In this document: positions 12,201 through 24,949 of the stretch, in pieces | How positions within the stretch are numbered: the first letter of the stretch is position 1 | Layout: every line of letters starts with the position of its first letter | Assembly (NCBI RefSeq): GCF_020745735.1 | Contig: NC_083409.1 | Span: forward strand, 16,292,789 to 16,356,788 | Source: Hemiscyllium ocellatum | Taxonomy: Eukaryota | Direction: 5' to 3' | Length of the DNA stretch: 64,000 bases | The notes under the pieces: model-generated | Seen by the model: the letters and a program-made list of their open reading frames with translations, nothing else | Database searches by the model: none | What the model was told of the DNA's origin: nothing | Program-made: the position numbers and the translations under genes

Positions 12201-12545
12201 ATTTTTGAAGAGGAAACAAAATTACTGGACACAGTAATGTCAGTGGATGTTGTTTATAGGCACTTCCAGAAGGCATTTGATAAAATCCCATGTAAGAAAC
12301 TGTTCAACTCAGTTAGAAATCCACAGAATTGAGGCTAAAATACTGCCATACCGAAATTGGTTGACAGGTGACAGAAAATAGGGATCATGGATAAGTGCTG
12401 AAATTGGCAGGATGTGACCAGTGGTGTCCAATAGGAATGTGTGCACACACCTCAATTATTTACATTATTTATTAATGCATTGGATAATGGCATAGAAAGT
12501 CAGATACTCTAGTTTGCTAATGACACAAAGTTAGACAGCTTTGTG
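9225..12545 (+). mobile_element. Near full-length decayed CR1 LINE with nested insertions
   Basis: ORF1 zinc-finger/coiled-coil MCSNC...CWLLKTLQLRVDELESELQTLRHIREGE (9238-9495), esterase remnants, APE and RT remnants. Confidence 0.8.
11543..11820 (-). mobile_element. HE1 SINE inserted in a CR1
   Basis: Reverse complement of the 282-611 element, interrupting CR1 ORF2. Confidence 0.85.
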
Positions 12546-12748
12546 GGTAGTGTTCATAGAGTCAGAGAGTCAGCATTCATCCAGTGCAATCTTTAACAGA
12601 GTATAATTTATCTTTGACATAGAACTCCTTGACTCCATCTCTCTCACTCATTCTCTCTCCCCACCCCTCTCTAACTCAGCTGCATAGATCTCACTCTGAG
12701 TTCCATTCCTCTTTCTCTGTCCAAGCTCTATCCCCCTCTCTCTTAGTG

Positions 12749-12786
<38 letters not shown>

Positions 12787-13329
12787 CTCTCTCTGTCCCT
12801 GTGCTCCATCTCTTGCTCTCTAAGCCGTATCCCTCCCTCCATTGCAGCTGCTGGGAGTTCGATCTGAGCCAATGCCAGTGAATCCCATGGAGAATAATGA
12901 CGGGATATTTGGAGTGTGAGTTTGATGATGTAAATGTGAACCATTGCAGCAAAGACATTACAGATGGTTTGTACAGACAGCAAAGCCCAAACCAGAGCAT
13001 TGTGTCAATCAACACAGACCTAATGAAAGCTTCAATAAAATAATTATAAATGCGATTCTCAGAGATATCATTATTCTAGTTACAAATGGCTGTTTCTCAG
13101 TGAAGATCCATCCTGCTGAATATTAGATACAGCTGGGCTTTGAAGAAATATTGGGCAGATGGAGTGTAATGTCGGGGAGTGTGACCTTGTTCACTTTCAC
13201 AATAATCATTCAAATGTGACTGGAGAGTTGTTAAGTCCACAGAGCAAAACTTGCCATTGGGTATAATCCATTAGGTGTGATAAATACAGAAACTCGCTTA
13301 GTTCTAGTTATCAGTGAGTTCTTGTCAAC

Positions 13330-16300
13330 ATCCTTTTAACAAATCAATTTTATACAAGAATGACATACAACAAACCCTCTCTATACAACCTTCTCAGCTG
13401 GGAGTAGGGCATCCCATATGCCTTCTTCACCACCCTGTCTAGCTATGCTGATAACTTCCGGGATTGATGGAGTTGTACACCAAGGTCCTTTTGTTCCTCA
13501 GTACTCCCAAGGAACATAAGAACATAAGAACTAGGAGCAGGAGTAGGCCATCTGTCCCTTCAACCCTGCTCTGCCATTCAATAAGATCATGGCTGATCTT
13601 TTCATGGACTCAGCTCCACATTAGACCATAAGACAAAGGAGTGGAAGTAAGGCCATTTGGCCCATCGAGTCCACTCCGTCATTCAATCATGGGTGATGGG
13701 CATTGAAGGACAGTTACCCGCACTCTCCCTGTAGCCCTTAATTCTGTCCAAGATTAAGAATTTATCAATCTCTGCCTTGAAGACATTTAATATTTCAGCC
13801 GCCACTGCGCTCTGTGGCAATGAATTCCAAAGGCCCATCACTCTCTAGCTGAAGAAATGTCTCCTCAGTTATGTTTTAAACTGACCCCCTCTAACTCTAA
13901 GGCTGTGCCCTCGGGTCCTAGTACTCCCACCTAATGGAAACAATTTCCCAGCATCCACCCTTTCAAAACCATGCATCATCTTGTAAGTTTCTATTAGATC
14001 TCCCCTTCTAAAGTCGAATGAATACAATCCCAAGATCCTCAGCCATTCATCATATATTAGGATTACCATTCCAGGGCTCACCCATGTGAATCTCCACTGG
14101 ACACGGTCCAGTGTCAATATGTCCTTCCTGAAGTGTGGGGCACAAAAGTGGACTAAATGGGGCCTAACCAGAGCTTTATAAAGTCTCAGTAGCACATCTC
14201 ATTTTACATTCCAACCCTCTTGAGATAAACTGGAGAAAGTGAGGACTGCAGATGCTGGAGATCAGAGCTGAAAAATGTGTTGCTGGAAAAGTGCAACAGG
14301 TCAGGCAGCATCCAAGGAGCAGGAGAATTGACGTTTCAGGCATAAGCCCTTTTTCATTCCTGCTGCGCATTTTCAGCAACACATTTTTCAGCTCTTGAGA
14401 TAAATGACAATATTACATTTGCATTCTTAACCACGGATTCAACCTGCAAGTTAACCTTTAGAGAATCCGGGACTAGCATTCCCAGATCACTTTGTACTTT
14501 GGCTTTATGTATGTTCTCACCGTTTAGAAAATTGTCCATGCCTGTAGTCTTTTTTCTGAAGTTCAAGACTTGGCATTTACTCTCACTGTATCTCTTAATT
14601 CCTTTATTGTTCAAAAAATCTACTTAGCTTTAAAACATTTACTGAAGTAGCATCAATTTCTTCATTGAGCAAGGAATTTCATAGATTTATGACACTCTGG
14701 GTAAGAGGTTCCTTCTCAATTCAGTCCTAAATCTGCTCCCCCTAATTTTGAGGTTAAACCCTCTTGTTTTAGTTCCACCTGCCAGTGAGGACATCCTCTC
14801 TACTTCTGTCTTATGTATTCTCTTTATAATTTTATTTGTTTCTATAAGATTCCCCTCATTCTTCTAAGTTCCAATGAATATATCCCAGTCTACACAGTCT
14901 CCCTTCATAAGCGAAACCCCTCCACCCCAGAATCAGCCTGGTGAACTTTCTCTGCATCCCTCCAGTGCCAGTATTGCCTTTTTCAAGTAAGGAGACCATT
15001 ACTGCATGCAGTACTCCAGGTGTGGTCTCACCAGCACCCTGTACAGCTGCAACATAATCTTCCCGCTTTTTGAACTCAATCCCTTTAGCAATGAAGGACA
15101 AAATTCCATTTGCCTTCCTAATTTCTTGTTTTATCTGTAGACCAACCCTCTGTGATTCATGCATAAGGATACTCAAGGTACATGCCTTTCATTGTGTATA
15201 TCCTTCCCTTATTAGACCTCCCAAGTTGGATCACCTCAGAGGTATCAGGATTAAATTACATCTGCCATTGCTCTGCCCAATTTACCAGCTGACCAATATC
15301 AGACTGTAGCCTGAGACCCGGTAATCCAAGATGGCAGCAGAGTAGGACACTTCAGAACGAGTTCATCTGCTCCGTCTGTTTCCTTTTCTTCTTTCTATCC
15401 CACTTCTCTTTTCATTTTCTTTTGTGTTTTTCTTTTGTCCTTCTCCCTAATTTCTTCTCCCGGACTCGGACTCCCAGCCTCAGTCACCAGTCCTCTGACC
15501 CAGTGCAGACCTAATAATGTGGCCTCTTGGCTTGATGTGGCAGTGTCCTGGCCTGGCAAGGAGACCTTCCAGAGCTGAAAATGTGTTGCTGGAAAAGCGC
15601 AGCAGGTCAGGCAGCATCCAAGGAGCAGGAGAGTCGGCGTTTCCGGCATGAGCCCTTCTTCAGGGATACCTTCCAGCCCAACGAGGCAGTCCAACATGAT
15701 GGCCTCTGTTTGATGTGGTGGCCTCTCAGCCCAGCGTGATGGTCACTCGGCCTAGTGTAGCGATCTCTGAGTGGCCCAGCGTGGTTCTCTCTCAGCCCAC
15801 ATAGTGGTCCTTTCTGTATATGGTGGTCTCTCCACCCGGGAAGGCCTCAGCGTGGACTTCCGGTCTCGAGATGATGACTTAAAGAATAATCTCATGGTAG
15901 CTAAGTTCTTAAGAAATGCTGTAATGTTTGAACTTTCAGCTTTATTTCTTCATTTTCTACTTAAAACTAAAAAAGATCTGCAACGTGTAACCTTGAACTT
16001 TATTCTTTCTTTCTACCTTGTTCTTACGATTCTGTACTGAGGTCCTTGTACCTAAGATGGCGCCTTGTGAGGTGACGTTACATACTTTTCACTGTACTCC
16101 AATACTTTTGCAATCGAGAACACGTGACAATAAACTTAAATAAAAATCAAATCAATATCAATAACACAACCAATTTATGTGGCCTCTGAAAACTTTCTAA
16201 TTTTACAATCACAGTCAATTTGTTAATGTACATTACAAACAGCAAGGGTCCCAGCCCCAGTCCCTGTCTTACACCACTGGTCACAGGCTTCCAATCACAA

Positions 16301-16370
16301 AGACAAACCTCTCCCATCACTCTTTGCCTCATATTTGGATCCAATTTGCCAAAATGCCTTGGATCCCATG
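13330..16370 (-). mobile_element. Stacked antisense CR1 ORF2 3' fragments with nested Penelope and YY1-headed insertions
   Basis: LYKALVRPHL..C...W.P and RGDLIETYK motifs on the minus strand; GAACATAA tails. Confidence 0.8.
15319..16156 (+). mobile_element. Non-coding retroelement with CAAGATGGC head and LINE-type tail, inserted in a CR1
   Basis: The host CR1 RT is interrupted at both ends; 3' end TTTTCACTGTAC...CACGTGACAATAAA followed by (AAATC)n. Confidence 0.55.
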
Positions 16371-16379
16371 GGCTCTTAC

Positions 16380-19300
16380 CATAACTCCAGGAAAGGCAAG
16401 AGAGGTAGGCAAGTAGTCCAGGAGTCTTCTGTGGTTATTCCCATTTCAAACAAGTATGCTGTTTTGGAAAATGTAGGGGGTGATGGAAACTCAGGGGTAC
16501 TTAGCATGAGCAGCCAAGTTTCTGGTATTGACACTGGCTCTAATGTAATGGGAGGTACGTCGGGTTCCAAACAATCGACTGTGTTAGGGGACTCTCTAGC
16601 CCGAGGTACAGACAGACATTTCAGTGGCCAGCAGTAAAAAATCAGAATGGTGTGTTGCTTCCCTGGTGCCAGGATCAAAGATGTCTCAGGGAGGGTGCAG
16701 AATGTTCTTAAGTGTAGAGAGACCAGCAGGAGGTCATTGTACACTTTGCAACCAATGACATAGTAAGGGAAAAGGTTGAGATTCTGAAGGGAGATTGCAG
16801 AGAGCTAGGCAGGAATTTAAAAAGGAGGTCCTCAAGAGTAGTAATATCTGAATTACTCCTGGTGCTATGAGCTAGTGAGGGCAGCAACAGGAGGATACAG
16901 CAGATGAATGCATGGCTGAGGAGCTGGTGTATGGGAGAAGGATTCACATTTTTGGATCTTTGGAAGCTGTTTTGAGGTAGAAGTAACCTGTACAAGAAGG
17001 ACAGATTGCACCTAAATTGGAAGGGAACTAATATACTGGCAGGGAGATTTGCTAGAGCTGCTCAGGAGGATTTAAACTAGTAAGGTGGGCGGGTGGGTCC
17101 CAGGGAGATAGTGAGGAAAGATTTCATCCTCAGATTGGTAAAGTTGAGAACAAAGGCAAGTCAAACAGTCAGGGCAGGCGGGGACAAAGCAGAGAACAAG
17201 GTAAGACTGACAAATTAAACTGCATTTATTTCACTGCAAGAGGCCTACAGGGAAGGAAGATGAACATGGGGCGTGGTTAGGAACATGGGACTGGGATATC
17301 ATAGCAATTACAGAAATATGGCTCAGGGATGGACAGGACTGACCGTTTAATGTTCTAGGATACAAATGCTACAGGAAGGACAGAAAGGGAGGCACAAGAG
17401 GAGGGAGAGTGGCATTTTTGATAAGGGATAGCATTACAGCTGTACTTAGGGAGGATATTCCCAGAAATACATCCAGGGAAGTTATTCGGATGGAACTGAG
17501 AAAAAAGAAGGGGATGATCACCTTGTTGGGATTATAATATAGCTCCCCTCCAGTAGTCAGCGGGAAATTGACAAACAAATTTGTAAGGAGATTTCAGTTA
17601 TCAGTAAGAATAATGGGGTGGTTATAGGAGGGGATTTTAACTTTCCAAACATAGACTGTGACTGCTATAGTGTGAAGGGTTTAGATGTAGAGGAATTTGT
17701 TAAGTGCGTACAATACAATTTTCTGATTCAGAATGTGGATGTACCGACGAGAGAAGGTGCAAAGCTCAACCTTGGAAATAAGGCAGGGCAGGTGACTGAG
17801 GTGTCAGTGGAGGAGCACTTTTGGTCAGCGACCATAATTCTATTCATTTTAAAATAGTGAAGGAAAAGGATAGACCAGATCCAGAAGTTGGAGTTCTAAA
17901 TTGGAGGAAGGCTAATTTTGCCAGTATTAGGCAAGAACTCTGAAAAGCTGATTGGGGGCAGTTGCTCGCAGGTCATGGGACAGCTGGAAAATAGGAAGCC
18001 TTCAGAAATGAGATAAATTGAGCCCAGAGATAGTATATTCTAGTTACGGTGAAAGGAAAGGCTGGTAGGTGTAGGGAATATTGGATGATGAGAGAAGTTG
18101 AGGGTTTGGTTGAGAAAAAGGATGAAGCATATGTCAGATATAAACAGGATAGATTGAGTGAATCCTTAGATGGATACAAAGGCAGTAGGAGTATACTTAA
18201 GATGGAAATCAGGAGGGCAACAACATGAGATAGCTTTGGCAAATAGGGTTAAGGAGAATACAGAGGGGTTTTATGAATACATTAAGGACAAGAGGGTAAC
18301 TAAGGAGAGAATAGGGCACCTCAAAGATCAGCAACGCGACCTTTGTGTGGAGCCGCAGGAGATGGGGCAGATACCAAATGAGTATTTTGCTTCACTAACT
18401 GTGGAGAAGGATATTGAAGATATAGAATGCAGGGAAATAGATGGTGATATCTTGAAAAATGTTCATATTACAGATGAGGAGGTGCCAGATGTCTTTGAAA
18501 TGCATAAATGTGGATAAATCCCCAAGACCTAATTAGGTATACCCTAGGACTCTGTCGGAAGCTAGGGAAGTGATTGCTGGGCCTCTTACTGTGATATTTG
18601 TATCCTCAATAGTCACAAATGATGTGCCAGAAGACTGGAGGTTCACTAATTGGTGCCACTACTTAAGAAAGGTGGTAAGGAAAAGCCAGGGAACTGTAGA
18701 CCAGTCAGCCAGACGTCAATTGTGAGGAAGTTATTGGAAGGAATCCTGAGGGACAGATTGTCCATAAATTTGGAAAGGCAAAGACTGATTAGGGATAGTC
18801 AGCATGGTTCTGTGTATGGGAAATCATGTCTCACAAACTTGATTGAGTTTTTTGAAGAAGTAACAGAAAGAATTGATGAGGGCAGAACGTTACACTGGAT
18901 CTGTACGGACTTCAGTAAGACATTCAACAAGGTTCCCCATGGAAGATTGGTAAGCAAGGTTAGATCTCATGGAATACAGTTAGAACTAGCCATTTGGATA
19001 CAGAACTGGCTCAAAGGTAGAAGACAGTGGGTGATGGTGGAGGGTTGTTTTTCAGACGGGACGTCACTGACCAGTGGAGTGTCATAAGGATTGGTGCTGG
19101 GCAACTACTTGTTGTCATTTACATAAATGATTTGGATGTGAACATAGGAGGTAGAGTTAGTAAGTTTGCAAATGACACCAAAATTGGAGGTGTAGTGGAC
19201 AGCGAAGAAAGTTACCTCACATTACACCAGGATCTTGATCCGATGGGCCAATGGGCTGAGGAATGGCAGGTGGAGTTTAATTCAGATAAATGCAAGGTGC

Positions 19301-20082
19301 TGCAGTTAGGAAAGCAAATCTTAGCAGGACTTATACACTTAATGGTCAGGTTCTCGGGAGTGTTGCTGAACAAAGAGACCTTGGAGTGCAGGTTCATAGC
19401 TCTTTGAATGTAGAGTCGTAGGTAGGTAGGATAATGAAGAAGACATTTGGTATGCTTTACTTTATTGATTACAGAATTGAGTATGGGTGTTGGGAGGTCA
19501 CCTAAACCACTTTTGGAGTATTGTATTCAATTCTGATCTCCTTCCTATCAGAAAGATGTTGTGAAACTAGAAAGGGTTCAGAAAAGATTTACAAGGATGT
19601 TACTAGGGTTGGAGGATTTAAGGTATACGGAGAAGTTAAATAGACTAGGGATGTTTTCCCTTGAGTGAGGTGTGACCTTACAGAGGTCCCTGCTGAGGGG
19701 TGACCTTACAGAGGTTTACAAAATCATGAGGGACATGGATTGGGCAAAGAGACCAAGTCTTTTCCCTGAGCTGGTGGAGTCCAGTAATAGAGGGCATGGG
19801 TTTAGAGTAAGAGGGGAAAGATATAAAAGAGACTTGAGAAGCAACTTTTTCACGCACAGAGTGGTGCAAGTGCAGAATGGGGCTGCCAGAGGAAGTGGTA
19901 GAGGCTGGTACAATTACAACATTTAAAAGGCATCTGAATGGGTATATCAATAGGAAGGGTTTGGAGGGATCTGGGCCAGGTGTTGGCAGGTGGGACTAGA
20001 TTGGGTTGGGATGTCTGGTTGGCATGGACAAGTTGGACCTTAGGGTCTGTTTCCATGCTGTGCATCTCTATGACTCTATGAC
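16380..20082 (+). mobile_element. 5'-truncated CR1 LINE (ORF1 SGNH esterase + ORF2 APE-RT), disabled
   Basis: GDSLARGTD esterase motif, GGDFNFPNID (APE), NCRPVSQTS...GKSCLTNLIEFFEEV...DFSKTFNKVPH...KFANDTK (RT) and (CTATGACT)n tail. Confidence 0.9.
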
Positions 20083-20162
20083 TCTAGAAGGAGGCTGTTC
20101 AGCCCCTTGTGTCAGTACTAGCTGTTTACTAACCTCACTCACAATGAACATCTCCATTGAAT

Positions 20163-20702
20163 TTTGGATGAGTGGTGCTGGAAGAGCACAGCCATTCAGC
20201 CAGCATCCGAGGAGCAGCGAAATCGATGTTTCGGGCATAAGCCCTTCATCAGGAATAAAGGCAGTGAGCCTGAAGCGTGGAGAGATAAGCTAGAGGAGGG
20301 TGGGGGTGGGGAGAAAGTAGCATAGAGTGCAAGCAAATGTGGCTGTGGGAGCGAGTTTGTTTCTTGAAATGTTTGAAGAGCTTCAGGGCAGAGGAAATGA
20401 CCTGGGAGTTGCAGTGGGAGAGGGACTCCCTGAGATTCTTGTAGAGAGAAGCTCTTCAACCATGTCATGAAACAAACTCGCTCCCACAGCCACATTTGCT
20501 TGTACTCTATGCTACTTTCTCCCCACTCCCACCCTCCTCTAGCTTATCTCTCCACACTTCAGGCTCACTGCCTTTATTCCTGATGAAGGGCTTTAGCCCG
20601 AAACGTCGATTTCGCTGCTCCTCGGATGCCGCCTGAACTGCTGTGCTCTTCCAGCATCATTAATCCAGAATCTGGTTTGCTGCATCTGCAGACATTGTTT
20701 TT
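20163..20702. mobile_element. 540-bp palindromic Penelope-derived element with 13-bp TSD and two hammerhead cores
   Basis: Two roughly 200-230-bp pLTR arms in inverted orientation; flanks ATCTCC(A/G)TTGAAT at 20150-20162 and 20703-20715. Confidence 0.85.
20577..20611 (+). ncRNA. Minimal type-I hammerhead ribozyme motif
   Basis: CUGAUGA-A-GGGC-UUUA-GCCC-GAAAC-GUC: intact core, palindromic ACGU stem III and GUC cleavage triplet; activity not shown. Confidence 0.6.
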
Positions 20703-21494
20703 ATCTCCGTTGAATGTCTATTGTTGGGAAGTAATTAAATCTGTTTAGAGACAGAATGTCCGACAAATGTGAACAGATCAGAGTAAGTCAGCATGGATTA
20801 AAAAGGGTCAGACATCTTTAACTAACCTGGTTACATGTTTTAACGAGGTCACTAATGTGTGAGATAAGGTAATGTGTTTTTTATATGGACGTCCAGATGA
20901 CATTCAAGGTAGTTCCACACAAGTGTTATAATGTTATAGTTGGAACAAAGAGATGACAGATAAACATATTCTGGATCTTTCTGCACAAATGAATTCTCAA
21001 ATAAATCTCAGACATGTTGGTGAACTTGGAGTTTTATCAGAGGAAGGAGCTGAAGGAAGTCAGTTGTTGGAGAAAAATGGTTCTGGGAAAATTAGAATGT
21101 CTTATATCAGCAGGGCCAAATAATCTATTTTCAGGAGTGCTTCAGGAAGTGGTTGTAAAATATGAGGAACATTGATGGTTATCTGTTTGTCGACTGTGGA
21201 ATAGGTCCTACAAAATGGAGGGAGTTAATTTAACACGCCTATTGAAAGAGAGAGAGAGAGAGGGAAAATAAGAAATTTTAGACCAATTAGCCAGAAGTCA
21301 GCAGTGGCAAAAATGCTTAAGTTCATTATAAAATATTTTATAGCTTAGCACTTTGAAAACAGTGGCAGAACTGGACAGAGTCGGCATGAATTGTCGAAAG
21401 GGAAATCATGCTTAAAAAATCGACTGGAATTGTTTGAGGATGTAGTGAGTGGATTTGATAAGGGGGGGCCCATGGATATGGTTTGTTTGGACTT

Positions 21495-24400
21495 TGTAAG
21501 GGGAATAGATCGGCGGTTCTGTGGTCAAAAACAAGACTCACGAATAGCATGTTGCCTCCCAGTTGTACAGCTCAGGGATGTCTCAGATCGGCTGCAGGAC
21601 ATTCTGAAGGGGTGGGTGAACAGCTAGCTGTGATGGTGCATGAAGGGACTGATGATATCGGTAATAAATGGGATGGGGTCCTACAAGCAGAATTTATGGA
21701 GTGAGGAACCATATTAAAATGTAGGATCTCAGAGGTAGTAATCTCAGGATTGCTCCCAGTGCCATGTGCTAGTCAGAGTCGAAATGAAAATATAGGCAGG
21801 ATGAATGTGTGGCTTGAGAGATGGTGCAGGAGGGAGGGGTTCAGATTTTTGGGACATTGGGACTGGTTCCTGGGGAGGTAGGACAATTACAAATCGAGTG
21901 GTCTACACCTGGGCAGGACTGGAACCAGTGTCCTGAGGGATGTGTTTGATCACGCTCTTGGGGAGGGTTCAAAATAGTGTAGCAGAGGGATGGGAACCAA
22001 ATGAGGAGGTTAGTGGGCAATAAGGAGGGAGTAACTAAAGCCTGTCAGGAACTAGATATTGAAGTCAGCGTGACTAAGGTTAAGAATAGGTAGGGAGCAG
22101 ATGATGAACGCAAAGGGACAGATGGTCTGAGATGCATTTGTTTTAATGTGAGAAGTGTAGTAGGTAAGGCAGATGAATTTAGGGCTTGGACTAGTATCTG
22201 GGAGTATGATGTTATTGCTATTACTGAGACGTGGTTGAGGGAATGGCAAGATTGTTAACTAAATATCTCAGGATACAGATGTATCAGATGGGTTCGAGAG
22301 GGAGGTAAAAGGGATGGAGGAGTTGCATTACTGGTCAGAGTGGATATCACAGGTGTGGTGAAGGAGGGTACTATGGAGGACTCGAGCAGTGGGGCAATAT
22401 GGGCAGAGCTCAGAAACAGGAAGGGTGCAGTAACAATGTTGGTGCTATCCTACAAGCCTCCTAACAGTGAACGTGAGGTAGAGGTACAAATATGTAAACA
22501 GATTATGGAAAGATGTAGGAGTAACAAGGTGGTGGTGATGGAAGATTTTAATTTTCCCAACATTGACTGGGATTCACTTCATGTTAGAAGTTAAAATGGA
22601 GCAGAATTTGTAAGGAGCATCCAGGAGGATTTCACAGAGTAATGTGGAAATAGTCTAACTTAGGAAGGGGCCAGACTGGGCTGGTGTTGGGGAATGAGCC
22701 CGGCCAGGTGGTTGAAATTTCAGTCGGGGATTACTTTGGAAGAGTGATCACAATTCCATACGTTTTAGAATGCTCATGGACAAAGATGAGAGTGGTCCTA
22801 AAGGAAGAGGGCTAAAGTGGAGGAAGGCCAACTATCCCAAAATTTGGTAGGAGCTGGGGAATGTGGATTGGGAGCAGCTGTTTAAAGGGAAATCCACATT
22901 TGATATGTGGGAGGCTTTTAAAGAGAGGTTGACTAGAGTCAGGACAGACATGTCCCTGTGAAAATAAGGGATTGAAATGGCATGATTAGGGAACGCTGGA
23001 TGTCAGATGAAATTGTGAGACTAGCTAAGAGGAAAAAGGATGCATACATAAGGTCTAGGTGGCTGAAAACAGACAAAGCTTTGGAAGAATATCGTGAAAG
23101 TAGGACCAATCTGAAGTGAGGAATTAAAAGGGCTAAAGGGGTCACAAAATATCATTAAGGAAAATCCCAAATCCTTTTATTCATACATAAGGAGCAAGAG
23201 GATGACTCGAGAAAGGGTTGGCCCACTCAAGGACAAAGGAGGAAAGATATGTGTGGAGTCAGAAAATGGATGAGATTCTTAATGAGTGCTTTACGTCGGT
23301 ATTCACCAAGGAGAGGGAAATGACAGATGTTGAAGTTGGGGATGGGTGTTTGATTACTCGAGGTCAAGTCGATTTAAGGAGGGAGGAAGTGTTGGGTATT
23401 TTAAAAGGCATCAAGGTGCACAAGTCCCCAGGTCGGGATGGGATCGATCCCAGCTTACTGAGGGAAGCAAGAGAGGAAATAGTTGGGGCCTTAATCGATA
23501 TCTTTGTAGCAACCCTGAACATGGATGAGGGTCCCAGAGGACTGGAGAATTGTTAATGTTTAAGAAGGGTAGCCAGGATAATCCAGGTAACTATCAACCA
23601 GTGAGCCTGATGTAGTGGTAGGGAAGCTGCTGGAGAACATACTGTGAGATAAGATCTATTTACTTTTGGAAGAAAATTGACTTATCAGTAATAGGCAGTA
23701 TGAAGTTGTGCAGGGAATGTCATGTCTTACCAACTTTATAGATTTTATTGAAGAACTGATGAAGTTGATTGAGGAGGGATGGGCTGTGGATGTCATACAC
23801 ATGGACTTCAGTAAGGTGTTTGATAAAGTTCCCCATGGTAGCCTGATAAAGAAATTTAATTCGCATGGGGTCCAGAGTGTACTCACTAGATGGGTAGAGA
23901 ACAGGTTGGGCAACAGAAGACAGACAGTAGTGGTGGGAGTACTTTCTCAAAATGGAGAACAGCAATCCGTGCTGGTACCGCTCTTGTTTTGGAAAGACAT
24001 AAATGATCTGGAGGAAGCTATAGGTGATCTGATTAGCAAGTTTGCATATGACACTAATATTGGTGGAGTAGCAGATAGTGAAGGGGACTGTCAGAGAATG
24101 TAGACAGATTGGAGAGTTGGGCAGAGAAATGGATGGATGGAGTTCAAGCCAGGCAAATGCAGTCTGATGAATTTTGGAAGATCCAAATCTGGAGTAAACT
24201 GTACAGTGAATGGAACACCCTGGGAAAATTGATGCCCAGAGCGACCTGGGTGTTCAGGTCCATTGTACCCTGGAGGTGACAACACAGGTCGACAGAGTGG
24301 TCAAGAAGGCATATGGCACATCTTCCTTCACCAGACGTGGTATTCAGTACAAGAGTTGGAAGGTCATATTAGAATTATATCAGCCTTTGGCTTGGCCACA

Positions 24401-24945
24401 TTTGGAATACTGTGTACAGTTCTGGTTGCCCCATTACCAGAAAGATGTGGATGCTTTGGAGAGGGTGTAGAGGAGGTTCACCAGGATTGCCTGGTATGGA
24501 GGGCACTAGCTATGGAGAGAGGCTTAGTAGATTAGGATTATTCTCATTAGAAAATCAAATGTTGAGGGGGGACCAGATTGGGGTCTACAAAATCATGAGA
24601 GGTGTAGAAAGGGTGGATAGCAAGAAGCTTTTTCCCAGAATGAGGGACTCAATTACTCGGGGGTCATGAGTTCAAGGTGAGAGTGGAAACATTTAAGGGA
24701 GATATGTATGGAAAGTTCTTCACACAGAGAGTGATTGGTCCTGGAACACGTTGCCAGTGGAGGTGGTAGAGGCAGGCACAATAGCATCATTTAAGATATA
24801 TCTAGATAGATACATGGATGGGCAGGGAGCAAAGGGAGACAGAACCTTGGAAAATTGATGACAGGTTTAGATGGAGGATATGGACCAGTGCAGGCTAGGA
24901 GGGCCGAAGGGCCAGTTCTTGTGCTGTAATTTTCGTTGCTCTTTG
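21495..24945 (+). mobile_element. 5'-truncated CR1 LINE (esterase + APE-RT), disabled
   Basis: ORF-track peptides EDFNFPNIDW, MSCLTNFIDFIEE...DFSKVFDKVPHG...KFAYDT and LEYCVQFWLPHYQKDV. Confidence 0.9.
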
Positions 24946-24949
24946 TTCT

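Noticed and set aside
15294-15301. CAATATCA as TSD of the 15.3-16.2-kb element
   Set aside because: The host CR1 continues past it to about 15318, so the match is not at the insertion boundary
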